From positions 819 to 64,818 of the forward strand of contig JAUHZF010000008.1 in NCBI GenBank assembly GCA_030426145.1: a DNA stretch of 64,000 nt. Direction: 5' to 3'. Of this stretch, positions 35,349 to 44,706 are shown in pieces (within the stretch, counting starts at the first letter, position 1; each line of letters starts with the position of its first letter). The DNA is from Polyangia bacterium. Lineage in GTDB: Bacteria; Myxococcota_A; Polyangia; Polyangiales; Polyangiaceae. Under the pieces are notes generated by a model. The model was given only the letters and a program-made list of their open reading frames with translations. It made no database searches and was not told the DNA's origin. Position numbers and translations under genes: made by a program.

Positions 35349-36197
35349 TCACTCGAAGAGCCAGTCGCGATGGCGCACGATGATCGGATCCGCGCCACCA
35401 TTGAGACCGTGGCCCATGCCGGGCACCTCTTCGATCTTGGCCTCGGCCCCGAAGTGTATGAGCCGCGCCGCCGCCGGTCGCGCTTGAACGCGACAGGCCC
35501 CCTGACCACAGATGAACAGAACCCGGCGACCGCCACCTTCGGCGAAGGCCTTCGCATTGACCGGGGTCCACGGGTCTTGTCCACCTTCGACCAAGATCAA
35601 TCGGGGAAACTGCTTCGGGCGCCGGCTCGCGATGAATCCCCCGAGGTAGGCCCCGCGCGAGAGCGCAACCCAGGTCATCGGACCGTCGGCCACCTGGCCC
35701 GCCCAGCGGTCTTTCATCGCCACCAGCCCCGCGTCGAGCTCCGCCTCGAGGGCGCGGTCGTTCTCGTAGGTGAAGCGGGGGTCGTCGGGTGACGGCGCGT
35801 CGTCCCGAAGGATTCCGCGCGGGCAGAGCAAGAAGGAGCGCTTGAAGTGGCGACGCCACCAACTGCACTCCCACGAGGGCCGGTCCCAGTTGGCGTGGGC
35901 GGCGACCACCACCGGATGAGGCGACGTCCCCTCGGCCGGCACCGCGACCACCGCCGCTCCGAAGCCGGGCACCTCCAGGTCGACCATCTCGCCCGCCCCC
36001 TCGAGCGCCGGCACGGGTTCGGGCTCCACTGTGGGGGCCACTTCGAGGACCGGCTCGGGCACCGGGCCCGGAGGTGCGACCGATGCCGTGCTCACGGCCC
36101 GCGCGACGCGTGGCGCCTCGGTGGGCTGGGGGCGCTCCGGGCGGGTGCACGCGACCGCGGTCAGCGCGATCAGGGCGAAGGCAAGGTATTGATCCAG
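35349..36197 (-). CDS. Alpha/beta-hydrolase-fold lipoprotein; start codon uncertain
   Basis: The C-terminal ~280 aa of track ORF 35349..37004 has a signal/lipobox (LAFALIALTAVAC), a nucleophile-elbow-like ALSRGAY, and GMGHG. No in-frame ATG, GTG or TTG precedes the signal peptide. Candidates are CTG 36197 or GTG 36095. Confidence 0.55.
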   Translation of the reverse strand: MDQYLAFALIALTAVACTRPERPQPTEAPRVARAVSTASVAPPGPVPEPVLEVAPTVEPEPVPALEGAGEMVDLEVPGFGAAVVAVPAEGTSPHPVVVAAHANWDRPSWECSWWRRHFKRSFLLCPRGILRDDAPSPDDPRFTYENDRALEAELDAGLVAMKDRWAGQVADGPMTWVALSRGAYLGGFIASRRPKQFPRLILVEGGQDPWTPVNAKAFAEGGGRRVLFICGQGACRVQARPAAARLIHFGAEAKIEEVPGMGHGLNGGADPIIVRHRDWLFE

Positions 36198-37321
36198 GCC
36201 TCGACGGCGCTGAGCCCCGCCCCGTCGACCACGTAGGTGCCGATGGGAGGCATCTGGTCCTGGCTGAGGGTGTCGACCGTCGGGTCGCGCGTGTCCATTC
36301 GTTGATGCACGCAGCTGTCGCCCGGATCGCCCCCGTGGATGAGGTAGGCGCAGCCCTTGCCAGTGAAGAAGCTCGGCGCCTGGTTCACGAGCGAGCCGTA
36401 GGGCCCGCTTCCCTCCACCGTCGTGTCGGTGGTCTTCATGCGCATGTCGATGAAGGGGAAGAAGAGCCCGTCCGAGCTGTCGTTGTGGCAGTTGCCGCAG
36501 TTGCTGTGGAAGTACCCGAGCGCCGTCTGCGCCGTCGTGTCGCCGGGCAGCGAGTAACCCGCCGTGTTGGGCACCGAGAGGCTGCCGTCGCTGCTGAGGT
36601 TGGCCATGGTGAGCCCCGGTCCGCCGTGGCTGAGCTGTATCGCCGAGACCCCGAGGTAGCGGGACGGAAGGCCCCCCTTGGCCGCCTGCTCGCCGTGGCA
36701 GCGGGTGCAGGTCGTGGGCCCGGGGATGTCGTGCGTCGTACCGTTGACGTTCAGCTCCGCCGCAGGCTGGAGGTCGGCGTCGGTGCCGTCGAGGCGCCAA
36801 TGGTAGGTCGCATACAAGAAGTCGGCCGGACCTGGACCGTAGCGGTGGATCAACCGGGTCTCGAGCAACACCCCGCCGAGGCTGAACTGCTTCCACGCCC
36901 GCGTGCCGACGGGAAAGACCCAGTCGTCTTCGTCGCTGTTGTCGATCTGCGGTTCGCACTCGGGCAGGTAGAGCCAGCGCTCCTTCTCGGCGTCGTCGGA
37001 CCATAGCGGGTACTGAGGGGTGTAAGCCCGCGCCACCGGCGACACGGTCTTGGTGAGGATGTCGTCGTAGAGCCCAGTCTGTGACAAGAGCGCCGGCGCC
37101 GTCTGCATGACGGGGAGGGTGTCGAGGTCGCAGTTGCCCCCTTCACCCCCGCCGCCGCCCACGCTCTCGCCGCCCTGCCCGCCCACACCAGTAGAGCCGC
37201 CACCGCCGCCGGTCGACGAGGTGCTGCTCACCGAGGAGCTCGCGCTCGTCGACGGCCCCTGGGTTCCATCGTCGTCTCCGCAGGCGGCCACCCACGCCAC
37301 CGCACCCAAGCCCATCATCAT
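36170..37321 (-). CDS. Putative di-haem c-type cytochrome lipoprotein
   Basis: Start MMMGLGAVAWVAAC (lipobox) at 37321. Two CxxCH motifs (CTRCH, CGNCH) and a C-terminal MPP motif. A Ser/Gly-rich linker follows the lipobox. Confidence 0.7.
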   Translation of the reverse strand: MMMGLGAVAWVAACGDDDGTQGPSTSASSSVSSTSSTGGGGGSTGVGGQGGESVGGGGGEGGNCDLDTLPVMQTAPALLSQTGLYDDILTKTVSPVARAYTPQYPLWSDDAEKERWLYLPECEPQIDNSDEDDWVFPVGTRAWKQFSLGGVLLETRLIHRYGPGPADFLYATYHWRLDGTDADLQPAAELNVNGTTHDIPGPTTCTRCHGEQAAKGGLPSRYLGVSAIQLSHGGPGLTMANLSSDGSLSVPNTAGYSLPGDTTAQTALGYFHSNCGNCHNDSSDGLFFPFIDMRMKTTDTTVEGSGPYGSLVNQAPSFFTGKGCAYLIHGGDPGDSCVHQRMDTRDPTVDTLSQDQMPPIGTYVVDGAGLSAVEAWINTLPSP

Positions 37322-37536
37322 CCAAGCGCCACGCACGGTCGTGAAGCTATCACCTCCATACGAGCGCAGGCCACCCGATGCCCTCGAGGCGCGAGGGTGC
37401 GGGCTGACGGCTGCCCACTGGCACGACGGGGAGTCACGGCTTCTGCAGCCGTGCGCCGAGTGACCCTCATTTGCCGCACCGGTACATGAGCAGGACTGCG
37501 CCTTGACGCGGCGAGGGGTCGGACGAGACTTGGCGC

Positions 37537-39570
37537 ATGCTTGCTGACACGTGGGGGAGACTCGCCCTGCTCGGCGCCCTGCTGAGTGGCTGCGGCGGGG
37601 GCATGAACGCGGGCGAGATGGTGCGGCCCGACGCGCCATCCGCTTCGGATGCCATCACCGATACCGTCGCATGTACCGGCGCGCGGTCGTACGCGGAGCC
37701 GCTCGTGGTGGATTGGTCGACCTCCAGCCGCACCGATCTCGAGGTGGCGATGAAGCAGGGGGTGGCCGTGGTGCACTACGACTGCGAAGAGCTGCGCCTC
37801 GTCAACGGCTGTCGACTCCCCGCCAACTACGCCTTCGCCGGGGTGAGCCTCAAAGAAGAGCTCATCCGCATGGACAACGCAGACGAGATCCAGGCCAACC
37901 TTCCGGTGTCCGGGGTGAAGATCTCCGCCGGCATGAACGCCGCCTCGGTGCTCGACCTCGCCCTCGTCATGGTCGGCAAGCGCAGCACCACCCTCACCGA
38001 GGCCGACCCGAGCATGCTGGAGGGCTCTTGCGACGGCGCGACCCATTTCGTGCGCGCGGCCACCATCGGAGCCTTCGCCATGGATCGGTCGTCGTCGGGC
38101 CAGGTTCGCGCTGCGGCCGACGTGTTCGGCGCCGGCGCCGACGCGAGCAGCCGTTCGGGCCGCAGCAACGTGACCCGCGACGGCGATCCCGACGCATGCC
38201 GCAAGGGCAAAGCTTCGGACGAGACCGCCCCCATGGGCTGCGGAGCGGCCTTGCGACTCGAGCTCATCCCCTTCGCCAAGAAGAGCAAACCAGGCAAAGC
38301 CACGGCGAAGAAGACGCAGCCGTCGAAGGCGAGCGGACCGGGCCTCGGCATTCGCAACCCTCAGAGCGAGTGCCCGGTCGACACCGTCTGGAAGGACAAG
38401 AAGTGCGCGCCCGCCACGGCCCAAGAGCGTCTGTGTTTTCGCGGCAACCTCCCGGCCTGCAATGCCCTCTGCGACCAGGGCGACGGCTGGGGCTGCAGCA
38501 CCGCTGGCGGACACGTGATCAAGCGCATGGCCCGCGACGCCAAGGTGGTCGATCCGAGAGCCACCGATGCTTTCGACCGCGGCTGCAAGCTGCAGGACGA
38601 GAAGTCGTGCGCGCTTCTCGTCTTCTACCGCGCGCTCGTCGGCAAGGAGACCGACCTCTCGGCGCTCGCGGCGCAAGGCGAAGCCTCCTGCGAGCGGGGC
38701 GGCGCGGTCTCCTGTCAGATCACTGCGCTCATCTTCGAACCCGACTCCGGCTTGCGAAAAAAGCGCGGCGTGACGGCGCCAGCGGCAAGCATGTCCAGCT
38801 ATGTGTCTTTGCTCCAGCGCGGATGTGATCTCGGCCACAATCAGGCCTGCAGTCGGCTTGGGAAGCGACTCCTGAGCGACGAGGCAACCAAGCCGAAGGC
38901 GATGAGCCTCCTGAAGCGATCCTGCGAAGGAGGCTACGACTACGCCTGCCAGACCTGGGCCGGCGAGCTCGACAAGGCCGGCAAGCCGGCACCGGCCGCA
39001 GAGGCTCGTGCGCTCGCGTGCATCCACGGCATCACCGGATGGGACTGCGCTCGCGCGGCGGCGCTCTTTCATGACAGCCCCGACGTGCCACGTGATCCCG
39101 ATCGCGCTCTCGCGCTCGCGCGGCGCGGCTGCGCGCAGCGAGACAGCCAGTCGTGCACCTTTCTCGTCGAGCACGGCACCGAAGCCGACCGGCATGGCGC
39201 GCTCCAGCGCTCGTGTGATCCGAGCCGGGACGGCTGGAGCAACGCCTCGACCTGCGAAGATGCCGCCGACGACAGCATGAAGCGAGCCATGAAGCTCGAC
39301 CGCGACGCGTGCGAGAAGGGCGACGCACCGGCCTGCGAGCGTCATGCGACCCGCCAGCTCGCCCAAGCTTGCAGTACGGGCGCGATCTCCAGCTGCACCC
39401 GACTCAAGGCGCGCGACCTCACCGCCTTCCGGGAGGTGGCCGAGCGCAAGTGCCGCAAGGATCGTCAGGCAGTCAGGGAGGGACGGTTGAAGCCTCCCAC
39501 GACGGGCCCCTACGCCGGCACCACGCTCTGGTGTGCTCTCGCCAAAGACGAGGGCATCAAGTTTCCTTGA
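37537..39570 (+). CDS. Lipoprotein with a C-terminal Cys-rich Sel1-like repeat region
   Basis: LALLGALLSGC lipobox. Repeated xGCxxGxxxxC-type helical repeats (RGCKLQDEKSCALL, RGCDLGHNQACSRLG, RSCEGGYDYACQ, RGCAQRDSQSCTFL). The 763-aa minus ORF is a shadow. Confidence 0.75.
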   Translation: MLADTWGRLALLGALLSGCGGGMNAGEMVRPDAPSASDAITDTVACTGARSYAEPLVVDWSTSSRTDLEVAMKQGVAVVHYDCEELRLVNGCRLPANYAFAGVSLKEELIRMDNADEIQANLPVSGVKISAGMNAASVLDLALVMVGKRSTTLTEADPSMLEGSCDGATHFVRAATIGAFAMDRSSSGQVRAAADVFGAGADASSRSGRSNVTRDGDPDACRKGKASDETAPMGCGAALRLELIPFAKKSKPGKATAKKTQPSKASGPGLGIRNPQSECPVDTVWKDKKCAPATAQERLCFRGNLPACNALCDQGDGWGCSTAGGHVIKRMARDAKVVDPRATDAFDRGCKLQDEKSCALLVFYRALVGKETDLSALAAQGEASCERGGAVSCQITALIFEPDSGLRKKRGVTAPAASMSSYVSLLQRGCDLGHNQACSRLGKRLLSDEATKPKAMSLLKRSCEGGYDYACQTWAGELDKAGKPAPAAEARALACIHGITGWDCARAAALFHDSPDVPRDPDRALALARRGCAQRDSQSCTFLVEHGTEADRHGALQRSCDPSRDGWSNASTCEDAADDSMKRAMKLDRDACEKGDAPACERHATRQLAQACSTGAISSCTRLKARDLTAFREVAERKCRKDRQAVREGRLKPPTTGPYAGTTLWCALAKDEGIKFP

Positions 39571-40447
39571 GGCGCGCTCTCGGGCCGCGATCGGAGACGT
39601 AGATCGCAATCGCGATCCAGATCAGAGAAAAGGCGAGCCCCCGCTCGAGCGAGAGCGGCTCGTCGTAGAGCAGAACGGCACAGCCGAGCTGCAGGGTCGG
39701 CGCGAGGTACTGCACCATGCCCAACGTCGTGTACCGGAGTCGACGGGCGGCGCCCGCGAAGCCGAGCAGGGGCAGCGACGTGGCCACCCCCGCCCCCACG
39801 AGGAACAGCGACGTGCGGGGATTCGCAGGGGTCAGGTGTCCGAACGTCGGTTGCAGGAACAGCAGGTAGGCCAAGGCGATGGGCGAGGCGAGACCGGTCT
39901 CGATGGCGAGCCCATCCACCGCGCCCACGTCGACCTTCTTGCGCACGAGCCCGTAGAGGCCGAATGAGCCGGCGAGCACCAGGGAGACCCAAGGAAGCTC
40001 GCCTTGGGCCACGGTGAGGGCACCCACGGCCACCGCGGCGAGGATGATGGCCGCTCGCTGTCGTGGGCGCAGCTCCTCCCCGAGCACGAGGCGCCCAAGG
40101 GCGACGTTGACGAGCGGATTGATGTAGTAGCCGAGGCTCGCTTCGGTGACGCGCCCGTCGCTGACGGCCCAGATGAAGAGGCCCCAGTTGACGGAGATGA
40201 GGCTCGTGGAGAGCAACATGGCCCGCCGTGACGTGGCGTCGCGCAGCACGCCGATCACGCGCCCGAGGCGCCGCTGCCCCACCACGAGCAAAGCCACGAA
40301 GACCATCGACCAGAGCACGCGGTGGGCGAGAACCTCGACGGCTGGAACCTCGGAGATCTGCTTCCAGTAGATCGGGAAGAGGCCCCAGAGCCCGTAGGCG
40401 AAGAGCGCCATCGCGAGGCCATCTCGTGCGCGCTTCTCCTCGGTCAC
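39557..40447 (-). CDS. rarD: EamA-family transporter RarD
   Basis: In-frame GVG start at 40447 read as GTG (VTEEKRARDGLAMALFAYGLWGLFPIYWK). Ten hydrophobic segments. The 296-aa length is typical of RarD. Confidence 0.85.
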   Translation of the reverse strand: MTEEKRARDGLAMALFAYGLWGLFPIYWKQISEVPAVEVLAHRVLWSMVFVALLVVGQRRLGRVIGVLRDATSRRAMLLSTSLISVNWGLFIWAVSDGRVTEASLGYYINPLVNVALGRLVLGEELRPRQRAAIILAAVAVGALTVAQGELPWVSLVLAGSFGLYGLVRKKVDVGAVDGLAIETGLASPIALAYLLFLQPTFGHLTPANPRTSLFLVGAGVATSLPLLGFAGAARRLRYTTLGMVQYLAPTLQLGCAVLLYDEPLSLERGLAFSLIWIAIAIYVSDRGPRARLKET

Positions 40448-40564
40448 CGACGCCCTGTACCGCAGCACGCGCGGGTGCACCACGGCTTCGATGCGTTGGC
40501 GTCCGCACGAATTCGCCTCGGCGCCCTGGGGGAATGCGCCGCCCCGAGTACACTTGGGGCCGCC

Positions 40565-41527
40565 GTGGGCTGGGACGATCTTCGCTACTTCTTGGCGCTC
40601 GCGCGCACCGGCTCCGTCCGCGCGGCCGGGGCAGCGCTGTCGGTGAGTCACTCCACCGTCGCGCGACGGGTCGAAGCCCTCGAGGCCGAGCTCGGGGTGC
40701 GCCTGTTCGATCGGCATCGGGACGGCTATCAGCTCACCGACGCCGGTCAGGGGATCGTGCCCAAGGCCGAGCGCATCGAGCGGGAGGTGACCGAAGTGGA
40801 GCGGGAGGTGGCCGGCCAAGACCACCGGCTCGAGGGGCCCGTGCGGGTCACCTGCACCGATGCCGACTTCGCGGGCCTGGTCATCGAAGGGCTGGTGCCC
40901 TTGTGTGAAGAAAACCCCGGACTCGAGCTCCAGATCGACACCGAGACCCGCTACCTCGACCTGTCGCGGCGGGAGGCCGACGTGGCGCTCCGGGCGGTGG
41001 CCATCGGCGACTCACCGCCCGACCATCTCATCGGCCGACGGGTGGCCCCCATCGTGCTCGCGAACTACGTGAGCCGCGCCCACGCCGAGCGGCTCGACCC
41101 CGAGCTCGGCGGGAAAGGGGGGCGCTGGCTGGGCTCGAACCAGGGACGCGTGCACGAGCGACTCGTGGCCGATTCGAGCTATCCGGACTTGCCGCTCTGG
41201 GGTGCATTTGCGGGCATCGCCACCGTGACGGCAGCGGCCGGCCGAGGGCTCGGGCTGGCCATGCTGCCGGTCTACGCGGGCGATCGTCGCCCGAACCTGC
41301 AGCGGCTGGTGCGCCCCGATGTGCGCCACCTCGCCGACTTCTGGCTCCTCAGTCATCCCGATCTACGCGACAACGCACGGCTTCAGGCCACCCGGCGCGC
41401 CATCACCAAACACCTCGAGGCGCGGGCCGACCTGTTCGAGGGGCGGTGCGCCAACGGTCCAGTGCGTCCCGAAGACGCACCGAGCGAAGGCGCGAAGGGG
41501 CACCTACGTTGGGGTGACGGCAGATGA
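40565..41527 (+). CDS. LysR-family transcriptional regulator
   Basis: GTG start at 40565 gives (M)GWDDLRYFLALARTGSVRAAGAALSVSHSTVARRVEALE, the LysR wHTH. It is divergent from rarD. Confidence 0.85.
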   Translation: MGWDDLRYFLALARTGSVRAAGAALSVSHSTVARRVEALEAELGVRLFDRHRDGYQLTDAGQGIVPKAERIEREVTEVEREVAGQDHRLEGPVRVTCTDADFAGLVIEGLVPLCEENPGLELQIDTETRYLDLSRREADVALRAVAIGDSPPDHLIGRRVAPIVLANYVSRAHAERLDPELGGKGGRWLGSNQGRVHERLVADSSYPDLPLWGAFAGIATVTAAAGRGLGLAMLPVYAGDRRPNLQRLVRPDVRHLADFWLLSHPDLRDNARLQATRRAITKHLEARADLFEGRCANGPVRPEDAPSEGAKGHLRWGDGR

Positions 41528-42177
41528 CGAAGCCGCCCCCTGACGAAAGGAACACCATGACCACCGCCGCATTCTGGGATTCCGCCGCGGAGAAGTACGC
41601 CGCGCAGCCCGTCGCCGACGTCGAAGCCTTCGACCGCAAGAAGGCCTTCACGCGCGAGCACCTCGGACCCAACGCCCAGGTCCTGGAGATCGGCTGCGGC
41701 ACCGGATCCCTCGCGCTGTCCATGGCGAAGGATGCCGGCCACATCCACGCCCTCGACGTCTCCGCGGAGATGGTGCGCATCGCCAACGAGAAGAAGGCCC
41801 GCCAGGGGGTGGGCAACGTGACCTTCCACTGCGGCACGCTCGAGGCGGCCCGCTTCCCGCCCCAGAACTTCGACGCGATCTGGGCCTACAGCATCCTGCA
41901 CCTCGTCGATGATCGCCCCCACGTGCTCGACCGCTGCTTCGCGCTCCTCAAGCCGGGCGGCGTGCTCATCGCCTCCAACGTCTGTCTCGCCGAGAGCTGG
42001 ATCCCCTACCGCCCCATCATCGGGTTGATGCGCTGGCTCGGAAAGGCGCCCCAGGTCTACTTCTACGACCGCGCCACCATCACCCAGGAGATCCGCGAGG
42101 CGGGCTTCGTGCGGGTCGAAGAGGTCGACGTGGGCGCCAAGAAGCTGGTCGCCTTCACCATCGCGCGCCGCCCGTAG
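41524..42177 (+). CDS. Class I SAM-dependent methyltransferase
   Basis: Motif I: VLEIGCGTGSLAL. ATGA overlap with the LysR stop. An alternative start is Met12 (41557). Confidence 0.85.
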   Translation: MTKPPPDERNTMTTAAFWDSAAEKYAAQPVADVEAFDRKKAFTREHLGPNAQVLEIGCGTGSLALSMAKDAGHIHALDVSAEMVRIANEKKARQGVGNVTFHCGTLEAARFPPQNFDAIWAYSILHLVDDRPHVLDRCFALLKPGGVLIASNVCLAESWIPYRPIIGLMRWLGKAPQVYFYDRATITQEIREAGFVRVEEVDVGAKKLVAFTIARRP

Positions 42178-42180
42178 CAG

Positions 42181-43233
42181 CTACGCGTAGAACTGCCGGA
42201 ACCAGCGGCGCATGGCGTGCATGGGGCCATCGCCGGGCACGAGCATCGGCTTGTCGCGGAAGACCTTGTTCTCCCAGATGGAGATGTCCTCGCGCCACTG
42301 GGAGACCCAGTTGCCCACCACGTAGGCCACCAGCGGGCGTGGCACGTGCGCATCGGCGAACCACCGAAAGCGCACGTGCTGCTCGAGCGGCCCGAGCGGC
42401 AAATGGGTCTGGAAGATGACGATGTCGCCCATGTCGGGCACCGAGATGCGGAAGGCGACGACGGCGCCAGGGCCGTAGAAGGTGATGGTCGCATGGGCCG
42501 AGGTACGGGGGATCACGCGGCCGAACAGGGAGAGCACCGCGGCGTCCTTGAAGTAGGCGATGTGCGCCTGCTCGGGGTCGGGCTCCCAGGTCGCCTCGTG
42601 CACCACACGCATGCCGGGGATCCGCAGACGGGTCCACGGCACCATCATCTCGCCGTGCAGCGGCGTGAAGTGCTGGTGGTCGGCGCTGTTCTCCGCGAAC
42701 TCACACAGGTGCATGCGCACCGAGCCCGCGTCGTGCCGCCCCCGGTACACCATGCGGCCGTCTTCGATCTCCTCGATGGGTTCGACGTTCCAACGCGGCT
42801 CGTCGCTACCGAACCACACGAGGATGAGCCCGTGATGCTCCCGCACCGGCCAAGACCGCGTGCGCAGTGTTTTTGGCACGTGGTCCGCATAGGGAATGCG
42901 CTCGACCTGACCACTCGGCGCAAAGGCCCAGCGGTGGAAGGGACACTCGAGACAGTTCCCCTTCACCTCACCCCCCGCGAGGTTGGCGCCGAGGTGCGGA
43001 CAATAGGCGTCGAGCACCCCCAACGTGCCGTCCTCCCCCCGGAACACGACGAGCTTCTCCCCAAGCGCCTCGACGAACCGCTTCTCGCCCTTGGCGAGGT
43101 CCCTCACATCCCCCAGCGCATACCAACTCGCAGGATACGGCGGCGGATAGGTCGCCAACCGCGCCTCTTCATCAACCCTCGGCAGCGAGCTCTGAGCAGG
43201 CCCAATCCGGCGAAGCAGATCCTCCAACAACAC
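42181..43233 (-). CDS. Rieske [2Fe-2S] domain non-haem iron oxygenase (KshA / cholesterol-desaturase-like alpha subunit)
   Basis: Rieske motif CPHLGANL...CLECPFHRW. The catalytic-domain His/Asp region is EFAENSADHQHFTPLH. Confidence 0.85.
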   Translation of the reverse strand: MLLEDLLRRIGPAQSSLPRVDEEARLATYPPPYPASWYALGDVRDLAKGEKRFVEALGEKLVVFRGEDGTLGVLDAYCPHLGANLAGGEVKGNCLECPFHRWAFAPSGQVERIPYADHVPKTLRTRSWPVREHHGLILVWFGSDEPRWNVEPIEEIEDGRMVYRGRHDAGSVRMHLCEFAENSADHQHFTPLHGEMMVPWTRLRIPGMRVVHEATWEPDPEQAHIAYFKDAAVLSLFGRVIPRTSAHATITFYGPGAVVAFRISVPDMGDIVIFQTHLPLGPLEQHVRFRWFADAHVPRPLVAYVVGNWVSQWREDISIWENKVFRDKPMLVPGDGPMHAMRRWFRQFYA

Positions 43234-43313
43234 GGTTAGAAGGCTATCACCTCGACATGACCACCACGTGAACTCGTTTCACCCAAGCACCCAAGTACAC
43301 CCCAACGACCGGC

Positions 43314-43463
43314 CCTCGCCCTCAACCTCGCCCTCGCTCTCGCCTCTCGATCTCGTGCTCGTCCTCGATCTCGTGCTCGTCCTCGATCTCGTGCTCGTCC
43401 TCGTCCTCGATCTCGATCTCGATCTCGATCTCGATCTCGATCTCGTCCTCGGGCTCGCTCGTC
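43314..43463. repeat. Hexamer-based microsatellite (CTCGNN)n, including 3 copies of an 18-mer and about 7 copies of CTCGAT
   Basis: Read directly: ctcgatctcgtgctcgtc three times, then ctcgat repeated. It lies in the intergenic region between the Rieske gene start and the OMP gene. The ORFs listed here (43268..43804 +, 43279..43881 -) are repeat artefacts. Confidence 0.8.
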
Positions 43464-43496
43464 CGCAAAGCAAAAGCAACAAGGCGCCCCCCAAGG

Positions 43497-43906
43497 CAGA
43501 TGGCAGCCGCGCGCGAAGCGCGCCTCGGGGGTGGGGCCCCACGAGCGAAGCGAAGTGGGGCGGGGGGCTCGAAGAGCCCCCCGAGGGAATGACGGATGAG
43601 GCGGCGACCACGGTCGGTCCTTGCGGAGGGCTGCCTACGCCCTTCGCCCCGTCAGGGGCGGAGGCAGACCGAAACAACCACCCCTGGGAGCCGCCCTCAG
43701 AAGCAGACGGCAGCCGCGCGAAGCGCGCTTCGGGGGTGGGGCCCCACGAGCGAAGCGAAGTGGGGCGGGGGGCTCGAAGAGCCCCCCGAGGGAAAGACGG
43801 ATGAGGCGGCGAACAGGGGCGGTGGTTGCGTAGGGCTGCCTCCGCCTTCGCCCCGTCAGGGGCGGAGGCAGACCGAAGCAACCACCCCTGGGAGCCGCCT
43901 CAGAAG
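43497..43906. repeat. Two tandem copies (207 bp and 203 bp) of a GC-rich, hairpin-dense element
   Basis: Copy A is 43497-43703 and copy B is 43704-43906, near-identical by eye. Each has perfect hairpins GCGCGC-GAA-GCGCGC and GGGGGGCTC-GAA-GAGCCCCCC, GCCCCAC...GTGGGGC, and a long CTGCCTCCGCC...GGCGGAGGCAG stem. Confidence 0.8.
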
Positions 43907-44700
43907 TGCCACATGACGCCGAGGTTGGCGCCGACCTGCCAGAGCCACTCGGTACGGTAGGACTCGCTGGCGACCTTGAGGTTGCCGGCTTCGGTGCGTG
44001 TGGTGACGTTGCTGCGCTCGGTGCGGTCGTCGCTCACGCCAGGGTTGTAGCTGCCGCGGAGCTGGATCGGGATCCGGATGTCGACGCTCGGGATGGGGAG
44101 GTTGATCTCCATGCCGAAGCCGAAGGTGAGGAAGGTGTACTTCTCGGAGAAGGCGCTGAAGTTGGCGCCGCTGTTGTTGGTGCCGTCGGTGATCTCGAGC
44201 TCGCCGTCGTTGGGGAGCACGAACTCGGGTCCGAGGAAGATCACCGGCGTGACCACCGAGCCCGGCAGGGCACCCTTGAGCAGCAGCGGGATGTGCACGG
44301 CGCTGTGGCCGATCTCGAAGCTGAACTCGTTGGTCTGGTTGGTCGTGAAGTTGGTGATCGAGATGTCGGCCGAACCACGGTCCTGTGTGGCGTGCACGTC
44401 CATCTCGAAACCGACGTAGCCGAGGAAGCGCACGTCGAGCGCCGCGCCAACGCCCCACTGCAAGCCGGCGAAGCCTGGGTAGTCGGGGGTCGGCACGTCG
44501 GAGCCGACCACCTGGTTGCCCGGCTCGTCGAGGAAGTTGGCTCCAACCTGGGCATTGAAGCCGACGCCGACGCTCACCCACTCCGGTAGGAAGTGGTCCT
44601 GGGCCTTGGGCTCTTCGGCACGCGCCACGGCCGGCACCATCCACATGGCCCCCGCCGCGACGGCGGCCAGGAGTCCCTTCGACGTCGCCTTCTTCATCAT
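43900..44700 (-). CDS. Outer-membrane beta-barrel protein
   Basis: Signal peptide (AVAAGAMWMVPAVARA), alternating amphipathic strands, and a terminal aromatic residue (MWHF). Confidence 0.75.
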   Translation of the reverse strand: MMKKATSKGLLAAVAAGAMWMVPAVARAEEPKAQDHFLPEWVSVGVGFNAQVGANFLDEPGNQVVGSDVPTPDYPGFAGLQWGVGAALDVRFLGYVGFEMDVHATQDRGSADISITNFTTNQTNEFSFEIGHSAVHIPLLLKGALPGSVVTPVIFLGPEFVLPNDGELEITDGTNNSGANFSAFSEKYTFLTFGFGMEINLPIPSVDIRIPIQLRGSYNPGVSDDRTERSNVTTRTEAGNLKVASESYRTEWLWQVGANLGVMWHF

Positions 44701-44706
44701 CTTCCC

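Noticed and set aside
36170-37639. 489-aa form of the cytochrome lipoprotein
   Set aside because: The N-terminal 106 residues are Arg/Ser/Cys-rich with no signal features. The MMMGLGAVAWVAAC lipoprotein start at 37321 is far more plausible.
43497-43906. Retron msr/msd or group II intron RNA as an explanation for the structured repeat
   Set aside because: There is no reverse transcriptase or maturase ORF anywhere nearby. The element is a simple tandem duplicate rather than an a1/a2-flanked msr-msd unit.
43268-43916. ORFs of 70-200 aa on both strands across the 43.3-43.9-kb region
   Set aside because: They are translations of the microsatellite (LDLVLV... / SRSRSR...) and of the duplicated hairpin element. 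They are duplicated in step with the DNA repeat and have no start context.
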